Source: Chrysomallon squamiferum
Taxonomy: Eukaryota; Animalia; Mollusca
Assembly: GCA_012295275.1 (NCBI GenBank)
Contig: CM022667.1
Location: forward strand, 5,890,001-5,954,000
Direction: 5' to 3'
Length of the DNA stretch: 64,000 nt
Position numbers and translations under genes: made by a program. Below the pieces are notes generated by a model. That model did not search any database. It saw nothing but the letters and a program-made list of their open reading frames with translations, and had not been told where the DNA came from. Below are positions 25,861 to 38,998 of this stretch, one piece after another (position 1 is the stretch's first letter; every line of letters begins with the position of its first letter).

Positions 25861-26394
25861 TGTCCTATCAATATGTGATCATACATTTTAAATATTATGC
25901 CTTGTGGGGTTAAAAATATGCGATAAAACAATAGATCACTGTCAAAATCATTATGAAACACTATTTGTTAATATAGTTGTATTTATTTTATCCTATTTTA
26001 TTTTATATTATATGGGTTTTTTTTTTTGGTGGGGGTTTATGTTTTTTTTTTTCAAAAATAATTTAATTGTTATTCTTTATCTCGCAAAGGGATATGTCCC
26101 ATATGTATGTATGTATGTGCGTGTATATGTATGTGTGTATGTATAATATTAAACTCTGATATAATACTGTACTTTGTTAAGAAAAACCAAGTGGGTGAGT
26201 AATGCTATATGTGTATGTAACAATCTTGTATGAATAATCTGTATTTTCAAAAGTACTTTTCAGTTTTTTTTAAAGCAACTATACAGAACAAATATTTAAG
26301 TTGCCATTTTTTCCAAATCTGCTCTGTGCCATTTCTTCCAGGTGCCATTTTTCCCAGAGCCATTTTTTCTGTACTCTGATCGTAGGACGTGGTG

Positions 26395-27300
26395 GGTTTG
26401 TGATTTCCTGCATGGCAGGAATTGGTAAAGTCTATTCTCATGTTGGAGCCCATTAATTGCTATTGAAGCTTCAATAAAGATAAGAAATAGCAAGACATTG
26501 ACAAAGAAAAGGCATACTGCTTCCATAAGCAGGATCAAAGGTCCAATACAAGACAATACGGGATATTGATTTACCTCTGCACAGATGAGAAAAAAGCAGT
26601 TAGGTCAGTTGATCAGTCCTGGTGTATCAGCTCCAGACCTCATGCAAAGGAAACTTCCAAATGTGTGCGAGACATTAGCAGAGGAACTGTCCAGCCTGTT
26701 TTCTACAGTGAGCCACACAAGCATGAAGGCGGTCATCCTTTCACGTGTTGCTGGATATGTAAGCAACCACCAAATACAAAGCATTCAACAAGTAGTATCC
26801 CAAAGTACTCTCAGAATTGTTCACACTTTTACATCTGTTGGTAAGAAAAAGTTAATTAAACATTGTCAGAATGTAGTCATGGAAATCTCTGTTAGTGACG
26901 AAGAGACACTGAATTGCAAATCTGACAAACAATTACAGTCAAACAGCAGGCAGTGGTTTAGTTTCCAGATGAAAAATTACTGCATCTAGAATGAAAGCTA
27001 TATGAAGAACCTCTGTTGATAATTGATCAGAGTCTTTTAAAGGAAATCTGTTATCCTACTTCCAAGTCATTTTCATCAAGACAGACAACATGGGGTGTGA
27101 TCTTGAGATGGATGGCAAGAAACAGTACATCAAGGATATGACAATCAATCATGAAATTTTTCAGTGGCTAGACTGGTGTGGTGATAAATGTGAAGTATCC
27201 ATTTATGGGTGCCACTCTAGTGGCACTGGGTCTTGCAATTGCTGTGGTGATGTTGTAGCAGAAATCAAGAGCCCCTATTTGCCATTGAGATTCACTGAGA
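26395..27300 (+). mobile_element. Decayed SWIM-finger + YqaJ exonuclease ORF (ISL2EU/PIF-Harbinger-type accessory ORF)
   Basis: SCMAGIGKVYSHVGA (SWIM-like); QSNSRQWF..KITASRMK; KEICYP..TTWGCDLE; YPFMGAT..SCNCCGDVVAEIKSPY (YqaJ-like). Frameshifted. Confidence 0.65.
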
Positions 27301-30300
27301 TGAAACTGTGGACTGTTTAGAAATAATAGACCCATACTGTTGATACAAATATTAATAAAAAAATTTTTTTTTTTTTTTTGTAATAATAAATTTATTAAAA
27401 TTTTCAACCAGTTAAATTATTTATAAATAAATTATACATTTTGTAAATAAAATACACTGCAAAATCCATACAAAGTGAAAATATTTGTATATGAAGTACA
27501 TCTGAGTCCAAACAAAATTGTGTTGTTTAGATTTCTGTTTTGTTCAATCAAAGGAAACTGCAGATTCATACATTTTACAATGTATAGCAGACTGCCGTTT
27601 TCTTATTAGTAGCTGATATCAGTTATTTTTGTGCGTGCAGATAGTCATTAGGAATAGTACTTTGAAAAATTGTTTACTTATTACACACCAGTCCGGTCAC
27701 TGTCTCAACATGAATTCTTGTATGTGCTATTTTGCTGGTGGCTTCCAGTTGTAGAACCATTTCTTTCCTTTGTAAATGCTGGAATTTTCATTTCTGCTCA
27801 GTATAGCCCTAAACTTTTTTCTTTTTTTTTCAAAACTGGTATGCCAGAGAAGGTTTATTAACAGGCAACAAGGTTCAGTTACATGTTTGTCCGATACTTT
27901 GCCACCCCACTCTTTTGATAAAAATTAAACTGCACCTTGAGGTGTAATGCCAATCAAATATTTAACAGTATTATGATCCTTGTAATCTGACCATCAAATT
28001 GTACTGAGTAAATTTAGAATCGTTATATTTGTTTTTTGGACAATTCTTATCCAAATAAAACCATTAAGAATAAAAACATACCTTGCTGAACATCATTCGT
28101 TTTGTGATATTAAAAATGGCAAAAGGTCAACCAATGCAAAAAAGGCAAGGAAAAATCATTTTGCCCATTCTTGCTATTTTTGTAGGTATGTAATGTGGTA
28201 GGTATATAGATGCATATGTAGGATATTACATATTTGCAGGTTAAGACATAATCTTTGCATATGAGGATAGAAAAAACTGAATTTCACACTGCGTCTGGAA
28301 AATTACAGATAAAAAGCAAATAACTATTATTTGTATTTGTTTGTTCACTTATAATGATAGATATATTTAATATTTTGGTGATCTCAGTTGTAGTTGCCAC
28401 ACACAATAAGAGTCAAGCCCTAAAAGTGAGTGAAGTCTGCCAGTTAAGGCTGGGTATGTCATAAATAACTCTATTCCTTTCATATACGTCATGTACGAAG
28501 ACTTAGAAATTGCACCTAAAACAAGATGAGGTAACCTTGACAACACCTTATGCATATAAATATATATATATATTTTTAACATTTTTGATATGTTTTAAGT
28601 TCAGCACTGGAAGTCATACATAGTAATAGGGGTGGTACTAAGATCTGCTTAGATGGTTTGACGTATACCAAGCATTCAGGACGGAAAGGCAAGTTGTGGC
28701 AGAAGTGTGTTAAAAGGTTCAATAGTCAGTGGCAGCATGATAACAGGTTTACAGTTTGCAAAGCCAGAGACTGTTTAGCCTCACAACCATGTTCGACTCG
28801 CTAAGGTTCAGAATGCAGTGAAGACCCACGCTGACCAAGCCCTTGTCCAATGTTATGATGAGGTTCATGTGTTGATACCTTCTCCTCACTCATGTAAAAG
28901 AACCTTGTGTAAAGAGCAGTAAATTCCTCCAGTTTCATAAACACTTCAAGACCAGGTTGACATAATGGATGAATTCCTGCAAACAGTTTCTTTTCTATGA
29001 CTGGTGCACACTGTAATGACCGTATTCTGGTTTTTGGATGGCAACTTTTCCATGGCACATGCTACCTTCAGACAGCTGTACGAGTTTCATTTCCACTCAG
29101 CGATTCATTTATAACTTCAGTGTATGTCCTACACAACGTTTGTGATTCGTGTGGATGGCCATAAACCTGTACCAGAGTTCTTGCATGGGGTTGGTTGAAA
29201 TATCCACTTAATTAGTGAACAGATTAAGATAAACTATATGTGCTACTGAATTACTGAACTAAAGATAGTGATATCTATATATAATTTTTTTTATTTTTCC
29301 TACTGTCATTTTTATGTCTAGTGCCCTGTACTGAACCACCACACGGTCCCTATATCGAAATACCTGTTCAGTATAGGGCAGACTGAACACTGATCATTAT
29401 AATGCTCTGCATAGCAAGTTTCACCCATTTCCATTTATAATTTCAGAGGGTTATATGGAAAGTGGACACAAGGTGACTTGGAAAATGCCATTCAGGCACA
29501 CATTAATGGCTCACCTGAGTTTAAAAGGAAGCTGAATGCCAAGTGCCAATACTACCATATTTTAAAATCAACATTTTGAGGCATTTGAACTGCAGATATA
29601 AGTATGCAAAAGACAGTAAAGAAAACAAAATTGAACCTGTGTGTGTTATCGGAAGAACTGGAACAGTCGCTCAACTCTGTTTTGGAGTTAGTTCAATATA
29701 AGAACCAATATGGTTCAGTGTAAGTCACAGGGGCCCTAAACTTAAAGCTCAAGGTTGATTGACGATGTCTCCTGTAAGACTGAACAAAGGAATGATGTTT
29801 CATCAGACCTCTGCTCCAGAATGAACTATAGACTTTTTGCCAGACTTTGATGAAGAATTATATGCGAGACCAAACAAAACGGAAACTACGTGTTCTCCTC
29901 CCTTACACATTAAGGATGTTGTCCTTGTATAACATGTCGTAGATCAACTCAACATGTTTACTACAAAGAACAAGGCAGCTGGACTAAGTCATGTCTTGAA
30001 AGGTCAAAGGTTATTGATAAAAAAAAAATGAGTGCTCATGAAAATACAAGCTTGTTTTCAAAGATTGGTGTTGTCTTACCTATACACCAATTAGTGTCTG
30101 CAGTAACACAGAATGAAAACAAGTTATTTATGCATGGTTTAAACATAGGCATGTTTCACTTTATTTATTTATTTATTTATTTATTTTGCTAGAGGCATAG
30201 CCCACTTCACAGGTGTGTGTGTGTGTGCGTGTGAGCATGTGTGTGCATGTGTGTGTGTATGTGTGTATGTATCTACGTATGTATGTATGTCAATAGTAAA

Positions 30301-31322
30301 CCATTCTAAATACAACTAACGCTCATGATTGTAACGACCTGACCTCTGATGGGGTGGGGAATGAGGCATATCAAGCTAGATTTTAGTCATTTCTTTACAA
30401 CTGGCAATTCATTGTGTGTTCATGGTCCCTGAACTATGGTAAGCCTGGATGTTATATTTATTTTCGGGACAAGCCTTTCCCCCTTTTAGTCCATTAAATG
30501 GAGTGCCACCTGTGTATTTAGGATACAATGTAGAATTTGCTGCTGATAATAAAGGTATACCAATAGTCTATCATCTGTATGCTTTTCCGTTTATTTATTT
30601 TTGCTGACTGTCTGATTGGTGTGTGTGTGTGTATGTTCTTTCTCTCTGCCTGATTATCCTTCAAGACTAATCTCAAAATTGGACAAGTTCAGGGATCAAA
30701 CTGAAATGTCAGTGACCTTCTAAAACAAAATGTGTGTGTGTGTGCATTAAAGAAAAAGAACAAAAATGAATGATAACATTACATATTATTAATTATTTCT
30801 CTTTCCAGTGTACTCAGTTACATTCAAAAATAATTATACTGTGAATTTTAAGTAGAAAAATATTACCTGAAATATTTAATAAGCATTACTTAAGTGCAAT
30901 TAAGGAAATGTTTTCATAATGCTGGTAAGAATATTTACAAAAGCATTCATCAGTAAAATGTAAACTATAGACATTTTCTGCCTGCCAGTTATCAACAATA
31001 GAAAAATAATTTATAATTTAGAAAACAATTTACATTTTAAGATATAGCTAGTCATCTATGACATTCATATAGAATTATTTCAATACATTTTTATTAAATG
31101 TTGTTACTAAATTAATATCCAGTATGTTCTAGTAATATATAGTATTAATGTACTACACTAAACAGTGCTTGTACATAACAAAGACAAAATAGAAAAGCTA
31201 AAAAATAATAGAATGAAACACACACATATACACAAAATCAGTTTATAAAATATTGTTAAAATCTGCATTAAGGTATATTGGGGTACTAATTCAATAGCAT
31301 CAAATTCATATCTGTACACATA

Positions 31323-31359
<37 letters not shown>

Positions 31360-31428
31360 TTGTGTGTATATATATATATTCACATATACATAATTGTTTT
31401 AAAAACAAAGTAAATACTGATTAAATTA

Positions 31429-32292
31429 CTGTATATACCTTATGTATAAGTCGGTGTGTATTTTAAAACCAAAAATTTGTCATTTTAGGTATTACTTGTG
31501 TATAAGTTGACTGTAGATTCCAGGCACTGTCACTATTTTTAGACCAGTATGACAGTGCCATGAAGGCCTACATTGTACTACACCTACTGTAATATAACTT
31601 GCATGAGCTGTAACTTGCATGTGCAATTCAAAGTAAGATAATTTCGGAACCTCAGGAATATTTTTTTTCTATCGAAACTCTGCTACAAGACACGCCCCCA
31701 ATCCTATTCCCTAGCGCGCTAATTGGCCGAGGCTTCGCGCACTTGGCAACCAACTAGAATAACAAATATGGCGAGAAGTTGAACTGATTTTTGTTGCAGA
31801 ACGTTTATAGAAATTTAGTTTGTTTTCGATTTGTCGGTAGTGGATATTAATGACGATTGCAATATTATTTCACCAAATTCTTTACAATTACACAAGTGAG
31901 TTTTGTTTATGAAATTAGGACCGATATTTAGTGCAATTTGGCAGAGAAGTCTGCATTCCTAGATCATTGCAAGACGCCGTAAGGCATAAAGCCATACTGA
32001 CGGGTTTCTTGCTTTAAAATGTATTTTTATGTCATTAAACGGAAGAATATAATGTTTTACATTCATATTTGGTTTTGTTATTTAATTTTTCAAAATTTTT
32101 TATACGATAAAATTATATTTTTGAAAAGCTGAAAGACCGTGATTATTTTAGATGCATCCCATAGCAAAAAATAGTCAAAATGGCGACTTTTCAGCAACAG
32201 CTACAAAAGCATTACCTATGTATAAGTCGACCCCCAAAATATTACCTTAATATAGTCTCCCAGAAATTCGACTTATACACAAGTATATACGG
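31429..32292. mobile_element. Non-autonomous Tc1/mariner (Tc2/pogo-like) MITE
   Basis: TIRs ctgtatataccttatgtataagtcg ... cgacttatacacaagtatatacgg, flanked by TA at 31427-28 and 32293-94; internal gtataagtcgac-type subterminal repeats. Confidence 0.8.
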
Positions 32293-33157
32293 TATGACAG
32301 ATATATTTTGAATAGCAAAACAAACAAGTAAAAAATATGAAACAATAATAATAAATAAATAATAATAAAAATAGAATAAAATAAATAACTATATAAAAAT
32401 AAATATTGAAAAATCAAAAATGCTCTGCATTAATTCAACATCTATTAGCAAATATCACAATAATGGTTTAATATTTTATATTTAGTTAATTTTTTATTTT
32501 TGTTATTATTATTATTTGATCCGTTATTGAAAGCATCTGTAGTTATCAATTTCTAACAAATATATTTTCTCTTATAATATATTAACACATTATACAAATC
32601 TCAAATGTTTTAACCATTTCAGTCACCTTCTACTTAAATTTTATTTACAATTCTAAGTAATTTAGATTTTTGTGATCTGTTTTCTTTAATAACAGATTAG
32701 GACAATAATACTTCTAAGAAAATATTTTTATTCTGTCTTGTTTTCTGCTTTTTGTACTCTCTTAGATGATAATACCAAAACTATAGAAAAATGGCATGCT
32801 CAGATAATTTTCCACTTTACTCTTTAGTTATTGGAAAAAAAATAAAAAAAATAAAAATAAAAACTGAAAAATAAAAGGAAAAAAAATGATATAAAGTACT
32901 TTTTCATGTTGGTATGAGTGCAAGCTGATTTTACATTGTGCATTACAGCTTTGTATAAAACTCATATTTGTATTAATTTTACTATTCTTGTTTCTTTTGA
33001 CACAGTTTCTTTATGCATTTTCTATCTGAATATTTGAATAATTTTATTTATATTTTTCTTTCCTTTTAAGAACCTTTTCAAATTCAGTTCTGTATATTTT
33101 CAACAGTGGAATTAATTAATTTTTGAAACATAATATTTTTTACTTGGGTTATTAACT

Positions 33158-33343
33158 TTATTCATTTGCTCTCTCAGTATCAACATCATTGCCAGACAAA
33201 GTTGGTGCTTTCTTTGAGAAGTCAATCTGAATGTACACTGTTGGGTCTTCTTTTTTGTGGATGGGCTGTGACATTTTCTCATTTGTAAACTCAACTTCAG
33301 TGTAAACCAGCTGACGTTCATTTCTTCTTTTAGCTGTTGCTGG
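33158..33343 (-). CDS. Gene B terminal exon with ITIM (LVYTEV) and ITSM (TVYIQI)
   Basis: ORF 33158-33355; phase-0 cag acceptor; conserved in gene C. Confidence 0.88.
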   Translation of the reverse strand, partial: PATAKRRNERQLVYTEVEFTNEKMSQPIHKKEDPTVYIQIDFSKKAPTLSGNDVDTERANE

Positions 33344-36300
33344 CTGTAAAAACAATGAAAATCATTTTATTTCATTTATTTTATATTATTTATTTTATTT
33401 TACTTTTAAATTTTTTTAAAAATACAATTTGGTGGAGATGCTGATATAACTGTAATTAAGAAATATCAAATTAAATTAAATTAAGAATAAAGGAAATATA
33501 TTTTACGTACCTCAGTTTTTCGTTTTCGTGGCTTCTTTGGTTTCTTGTCCTCAACAAAGGCCATATTGTCATTTCCATAGATGTGCTTTTCATCTACGCA
33601 TTTTAAAATAAAATTAAAAACATTTTCTTTTTATTTCACCTCATTATTACATTTTTAATTGAAAACTTTCCAGAAATTGTGTATAATAAAATGAATAATA
33701 ATAATCTTGCATTTTTCAATATGTTTTTTTCCAATAATACAGTTTCAAAAGTAATCAATAAAATATATTTTATAAAGGAGTGTTTATCAACATCAAATCA
33801 GAAGGCAATGCAATCAGTAGTAATTTATGAGGACAAACAATAAGTTATTATTATCACCATTAATTTTAAATAATAGTATTTATTTGTTATTATATTGTTT
33901 GCCATATATCTTAGATGTTTTAATTATAAGTATTGTAAATGTACCATTTGTTGTTTTCCTCTCTTTAGGTTTCACTTTTTGTTTTTTAACTGCTTTAGGT
34001 TTCTTTGTTTTGTCCACAGCTGCATAGAGATCAGCCGAGGAAGAAGGACCAGCTGTAAGTAAACACATGTTTGTAGAGCTTTGGGCAAACAGATCGGAAC
34101 ACTGCCATTATTTTAATTTATAATTTATATCGCATCATGTTTTCACAATTAATGGACGTCACTAAAAGGAAGTGCACACAATTTCAGTGCTCAACCCACA
34201 CAGTGAAATGTCAGTGTAAGACAGCTGTGATGTTGGTGTTGGTCTTCTCCAAGATTATAAAGCAATGTCTGACCCCTGGATCACTGACATCTCATTGGTC
34301 TGCCAAATTAAAGAGACCACAGTAGAAACAGTCATGAAATATAGAAAGATTTAATCTACATTGGTGTTATATATATTTGTTGGGTATTGAAGTGACCTGT
34401 GAAAAAGCAAATACTGAAACCAAAGATGATGCAGAAATGTTTGCCTTGGACAAGGAAATAAAAAAGCCAGACATGCAAGCCTGAAGAAAACAATTTTATT
34501 GTGCTGGGCCAGTAGAGTCAACATGTCTGATGCAGTAGTGGTGAAAAGACTTCATCCACAACATATCCATATGACTGTGAAATGCCCTGAAAAACAATGT
34601 TCTGGATCTCCTTCAGTTACTGTTAGCACTGCTAAGAAAAAATTTGATTTATAATTAAATTAAATATTTGCATACATTTAATAAGACAAAAAAAATAATA
34701 ATTATAAACATTACAAAAAAATAAAGAATATTTAAAAAGTATATAAATAGATTACTGCAAAAGATATTAATACAGAACATATTAAAACCAGTGACTTATT
34801 TAATATGCTGACATTTTTAATTTTATGGTTCAAATTTGCAGTTGTTTCCATACATTTGTTATCCACTTTATGTTTCTTGTCTTTGTTCACCAGGGCATAT
34901 TCCACTCCAGCTGCAATTCCAACTGAAATTCAAACACAAATCAGCACATTTCAATTATTTAAGAAATTCAGTTACTATTATTGAAATTATAAGGAAACAA
35001 AAAATGATATGAATACAATAAAGTAAATTAAGATAAAATAAAAATGGAAATTAAATAATAAAAAAAACAATTTTATAAATAATATAATATAATATAAAAT
35101 AAAATAAAATAAAATAAATAAATAAAATAAAATTAATGTTTTTTTATACAGCTTTTTCATATAAGTCAATTTGACAGCTTTGTTTTATCCAGAATATTTA
35201 TTTTTGAAAGTCAGTAGATGCTAATGTAGGTACTCTAAGGACAGAAAAAAGCAATAAAGAAAAAAGAAAGAAATATAAAGAAAAGATAAGGGAATATCAA
35301 AGTTATAAAAAATAACCTGAATTTTCTTTAGTCTGCTGATTTTGTGAATTGCTGGTTCCAGCTCTTTTTATTTTATTTACTACTGCATACAACGCATTTG
35401 AGTTATTAACTGCAAAACATTAACATAAGAAATTAAAAAAAAAGAAGTGAAAATTAAAAACTAATATAAATAGATATGAGAATAATATTTTATTTGGATT
35501 CAAACATTTTACCAAGGAATAAGAAATATCAGCTGAGGGAAACTGCTTTGTCATTTTGAAACAGTTCAATTCTAACCAACACTTAACAACATTTTACATC
35601 TCTCAGACACATACTTCAGATGTCCTTTTTAAATGCATAGATAAGGGAGAAGTAGTAAGATTACAAATAGATATTGTAAGATTTAAAAAAGAGAATAATT
35701 ACCTATAACAGCTTTATCAGATGATGTTGTATTTTGCTTTCTTCGTCTAAGGAACAACACAAGTAGAACAACAACCACTGCAACAATAACAGCAACACCA
35801 GCAGCACCAGCTGCAACTGCCACAATCTTAGAATTTTCAGGATCTTTTGCTGCTAACAGATTTACAAATGAGAAAAATGTTAATTATTTGTATGGAATGT
35901 TTAACAAATTAATTACATAAAACTTAAAATTAATAATTAAAAAAATGCTAAAAGCTAAGGAACATGATCAAGACAGCAGGTACAATTTCCAAAAGCTGAC
36001 ATGCAGTTAATGAACATTGTGTATGTTCCTATGTGCATTATGCTTTTATTATTTTTTTTTTTACCAGTATACACCTGTGAAATGAAGGAGGAACTTGAGT
36101 GTTGGTAATGATTGTAAATTTACCCTCAGTCAATATTTCCTGTTCCTCGGAAAAATCTTTGAATCCAAACTTATTAAAAGCCAAAACTCGAATCAGATAT
36201 CTGGTGTTTGGTTGTAAACTAGAAATCTCTGCTGTGTGATTTGTGTGAAGACCTTTTTCACCAAACTGTTCAGTGAGATTTGTCCACTCAGATGTTGTGT

Positions 36301-38964
36301 CTGCTCGATACTGTACAAGAAATGTTTGTTGTGATCCTCCATTAAATTCTTCTATCCAAGACACTGACACTGAATGTGGACCAGTGATCCAAGTTCTCAC
36401 GTCAGAGGGAACAGTTGGAGGACCTTCAGTGTTACAAAATGGATAAATAATCAGTAGTGAAGGGTCAGTGAATATATCAACAACATTTATATTTTACTTT
36501 GATAAATACAGTATGATAGACAACTACATAGTAGAATGTTTTCTCAAAAGTTCTCATATCAGAAGGAATAGCATGAGAAGCTTTATCCTTGAAATATTAT
36601 TATTGTTTTGTAATTCTAAACAACAGACAATTATTTTTGACTGGCAGCCATTTACTCTGAAAAGCTATTGCAAAACATTTCCAGCATTTCTAAAATAAAT
36701 AATTAAACTGTAAAATGTTTATTTTTTGCACTTGTGTCAGATATCTAAATAATAATAAATGTAACAGTTAGACGATCTTCAAGTTTAGAAATCTTATCCC
36801 AACAATAAGAAAATATAAAAATTCTCAAAATCTATAATTCAACATCAGTAGAAAAAAAATCTTTATTCACAGGTTCTAAAAGAAGAAATCACCTTTTTCC
36901 ATGTGATATTAGCAAGAAAGATGATAGCACAATATTGTTGACTTTTAAATCAGAAAAGATTTATGTCATAAAAGAAGTTAAAAATATATCTATCACATGC
37001 TAGAATATTGTTTACATAAATGATAAAACAGATTTTCATGTAGGATGGAAATGATATGACATGGTGTATAAATACAGCTTTCTGACTTGTAAATAATAAT
37101 CATTTCTTTTCTTTTTCTTTTTTCTCTCTTTATTAATTAATTATTTTATTTATTTAGTTTTCTTTCTTGGTTTTCTAAACAAAAATGCAGATAACATTTT
37201 ACAAGAAAAATTCAAAATATTTGCACTCTACTTTTACAACAATAAGTAATTACCTTCTGCAATTAGATTTAATTGTTCCACAAGTTTTGTTCTTGCTTCT
37301 CCATTTGACACAACAACCTGATAGATTCCAAAATCTTCTTGTTTAACATTTGTCAGTTTATATTCACCTACAGCAGACACATTTGTAGTGAGTACAGGTT
37401 GTGTAGATCCAAGACTTTTATTGTTTACATCTGTGAGTTTATACCAGGTAAATGTTGGAACTGGATTGGCAATCACAGAAATGTGTAGAGTAACATTTCC
37501 ATCTTCTACAGAAGCAAATTTGTCCTGAAATGAAACTCGATGATCAAGTCTTGGTGAACCTGTAAAAAAGAATCACTAAAGACTTAACTATTTCATTTAG
37601 TCTTACTCCTTAAGAGTCAACTAAAATAACAATGAAACATAATGTTTTCTTTCTTTATTACTCAAGAAATAATGTCATTTCATAAACTGAGACCTAAATT
37701 TGGGATTTTCTTTTTCCTTTCTGTCATGATCCCAATGCTACAAAGTTTATACACTAGAAAAAAAACATATCAATCAGAGTGCAGTTTGAGTTATTTATTT
37801 ATATATAGAACATAAAATAAAATAAACACAACTAAATTATTTACAGTTTTGTGTAAACCTGAGTTACAATAAAGACAGAATCAGTCACAGGAGAATCAAG
37901 TGATTATGTTAATATACCAGATCTTGACTTTAACCACCAAAGCCAAGAGTAGATTCCTGTGGATACTGGTGAAAACTGCAGAATCAAAGAAAAAAAGATG
38001 CTACCTGGACAAATTTCAAAGTTGTGTTAGTTTCTCACACTCAACTCACTATTTCTTGGCTGCTAATTAATGGAACTTTAAATTAAAAACTGCTGTTAAA
38101 AGTTCATCATTTTCATGTAAAACTGTATTATGGACAGTCAAATAGAGCTTTAATTATTTGTTAGATCAGCAGTTGCAGACAGTTTATTTACTGAAACTTA
38201 TTGCATTATTAATACATATTAATACTTATTTAATAGTTATATTTAATAAATATATATACTGTAATAAAATATCTATACATAACAGAAACACATATAATGA
38301 AACCGTTTCATAGATAACCCAGAAGATACTCACCATAATCCAAATTTCAACTTGTGATACACAGTGTATTTCCACTGGACACACTGATCATAACAAATGA
38401 TGGAATATATATATCAGTTATTTCAAAATAATAATTCAATTAAATTACATGTCACAGTCACCATAAGTGCAAAAACATCTAATAAATGAAAGAAAATTAA
38501 ATAACATACATGTAACGTTAAGGTGCACACTTTGACTGACATCAGACTTGATGTTGTTTCCTGCTTCACAAGTGTAAAATCCTGTATCCAGACATCCAGC
38601 TTCATTCCAGCTGTACTCCACTGACTTGGAGTTTTTCACTTCACGTAGAATGTGTGAGTTGTTTAACAGTTTGATGTGAGATGCTGGATTACTGCCAACT
38701 TCACATCTCAGAGACACAGGAGTCAGTTCATCAACTGTTATCTTTGTAGACTTTGAGTTTAAAGTCAAAGAAGTTATTGAAGTCTGATCTGTAACAAGGG
38801 AAAAAAGGACAGATTATTTTGTTTTTCTTTCTTTCTTTAATTTTCTTTTTTCTTTTATATCAGAATTCAGCATTATGTAATTAAACTATCAAGACAGTAT
38901 GTATTATATTTATAAGAAATGGTTGCAATAAAAATAATATTTTATTTATATATACATACATATA

Positions 38965-38998
<34 letters not shown>

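Noticed and set aside
28360-30000. GC-richer stretch with short ORFs, possibly the transposase partner of the YqaJ element
   Set aside because: I could not read a diagnostic motif; a RepeatMasker or tBLASTx search is needed.
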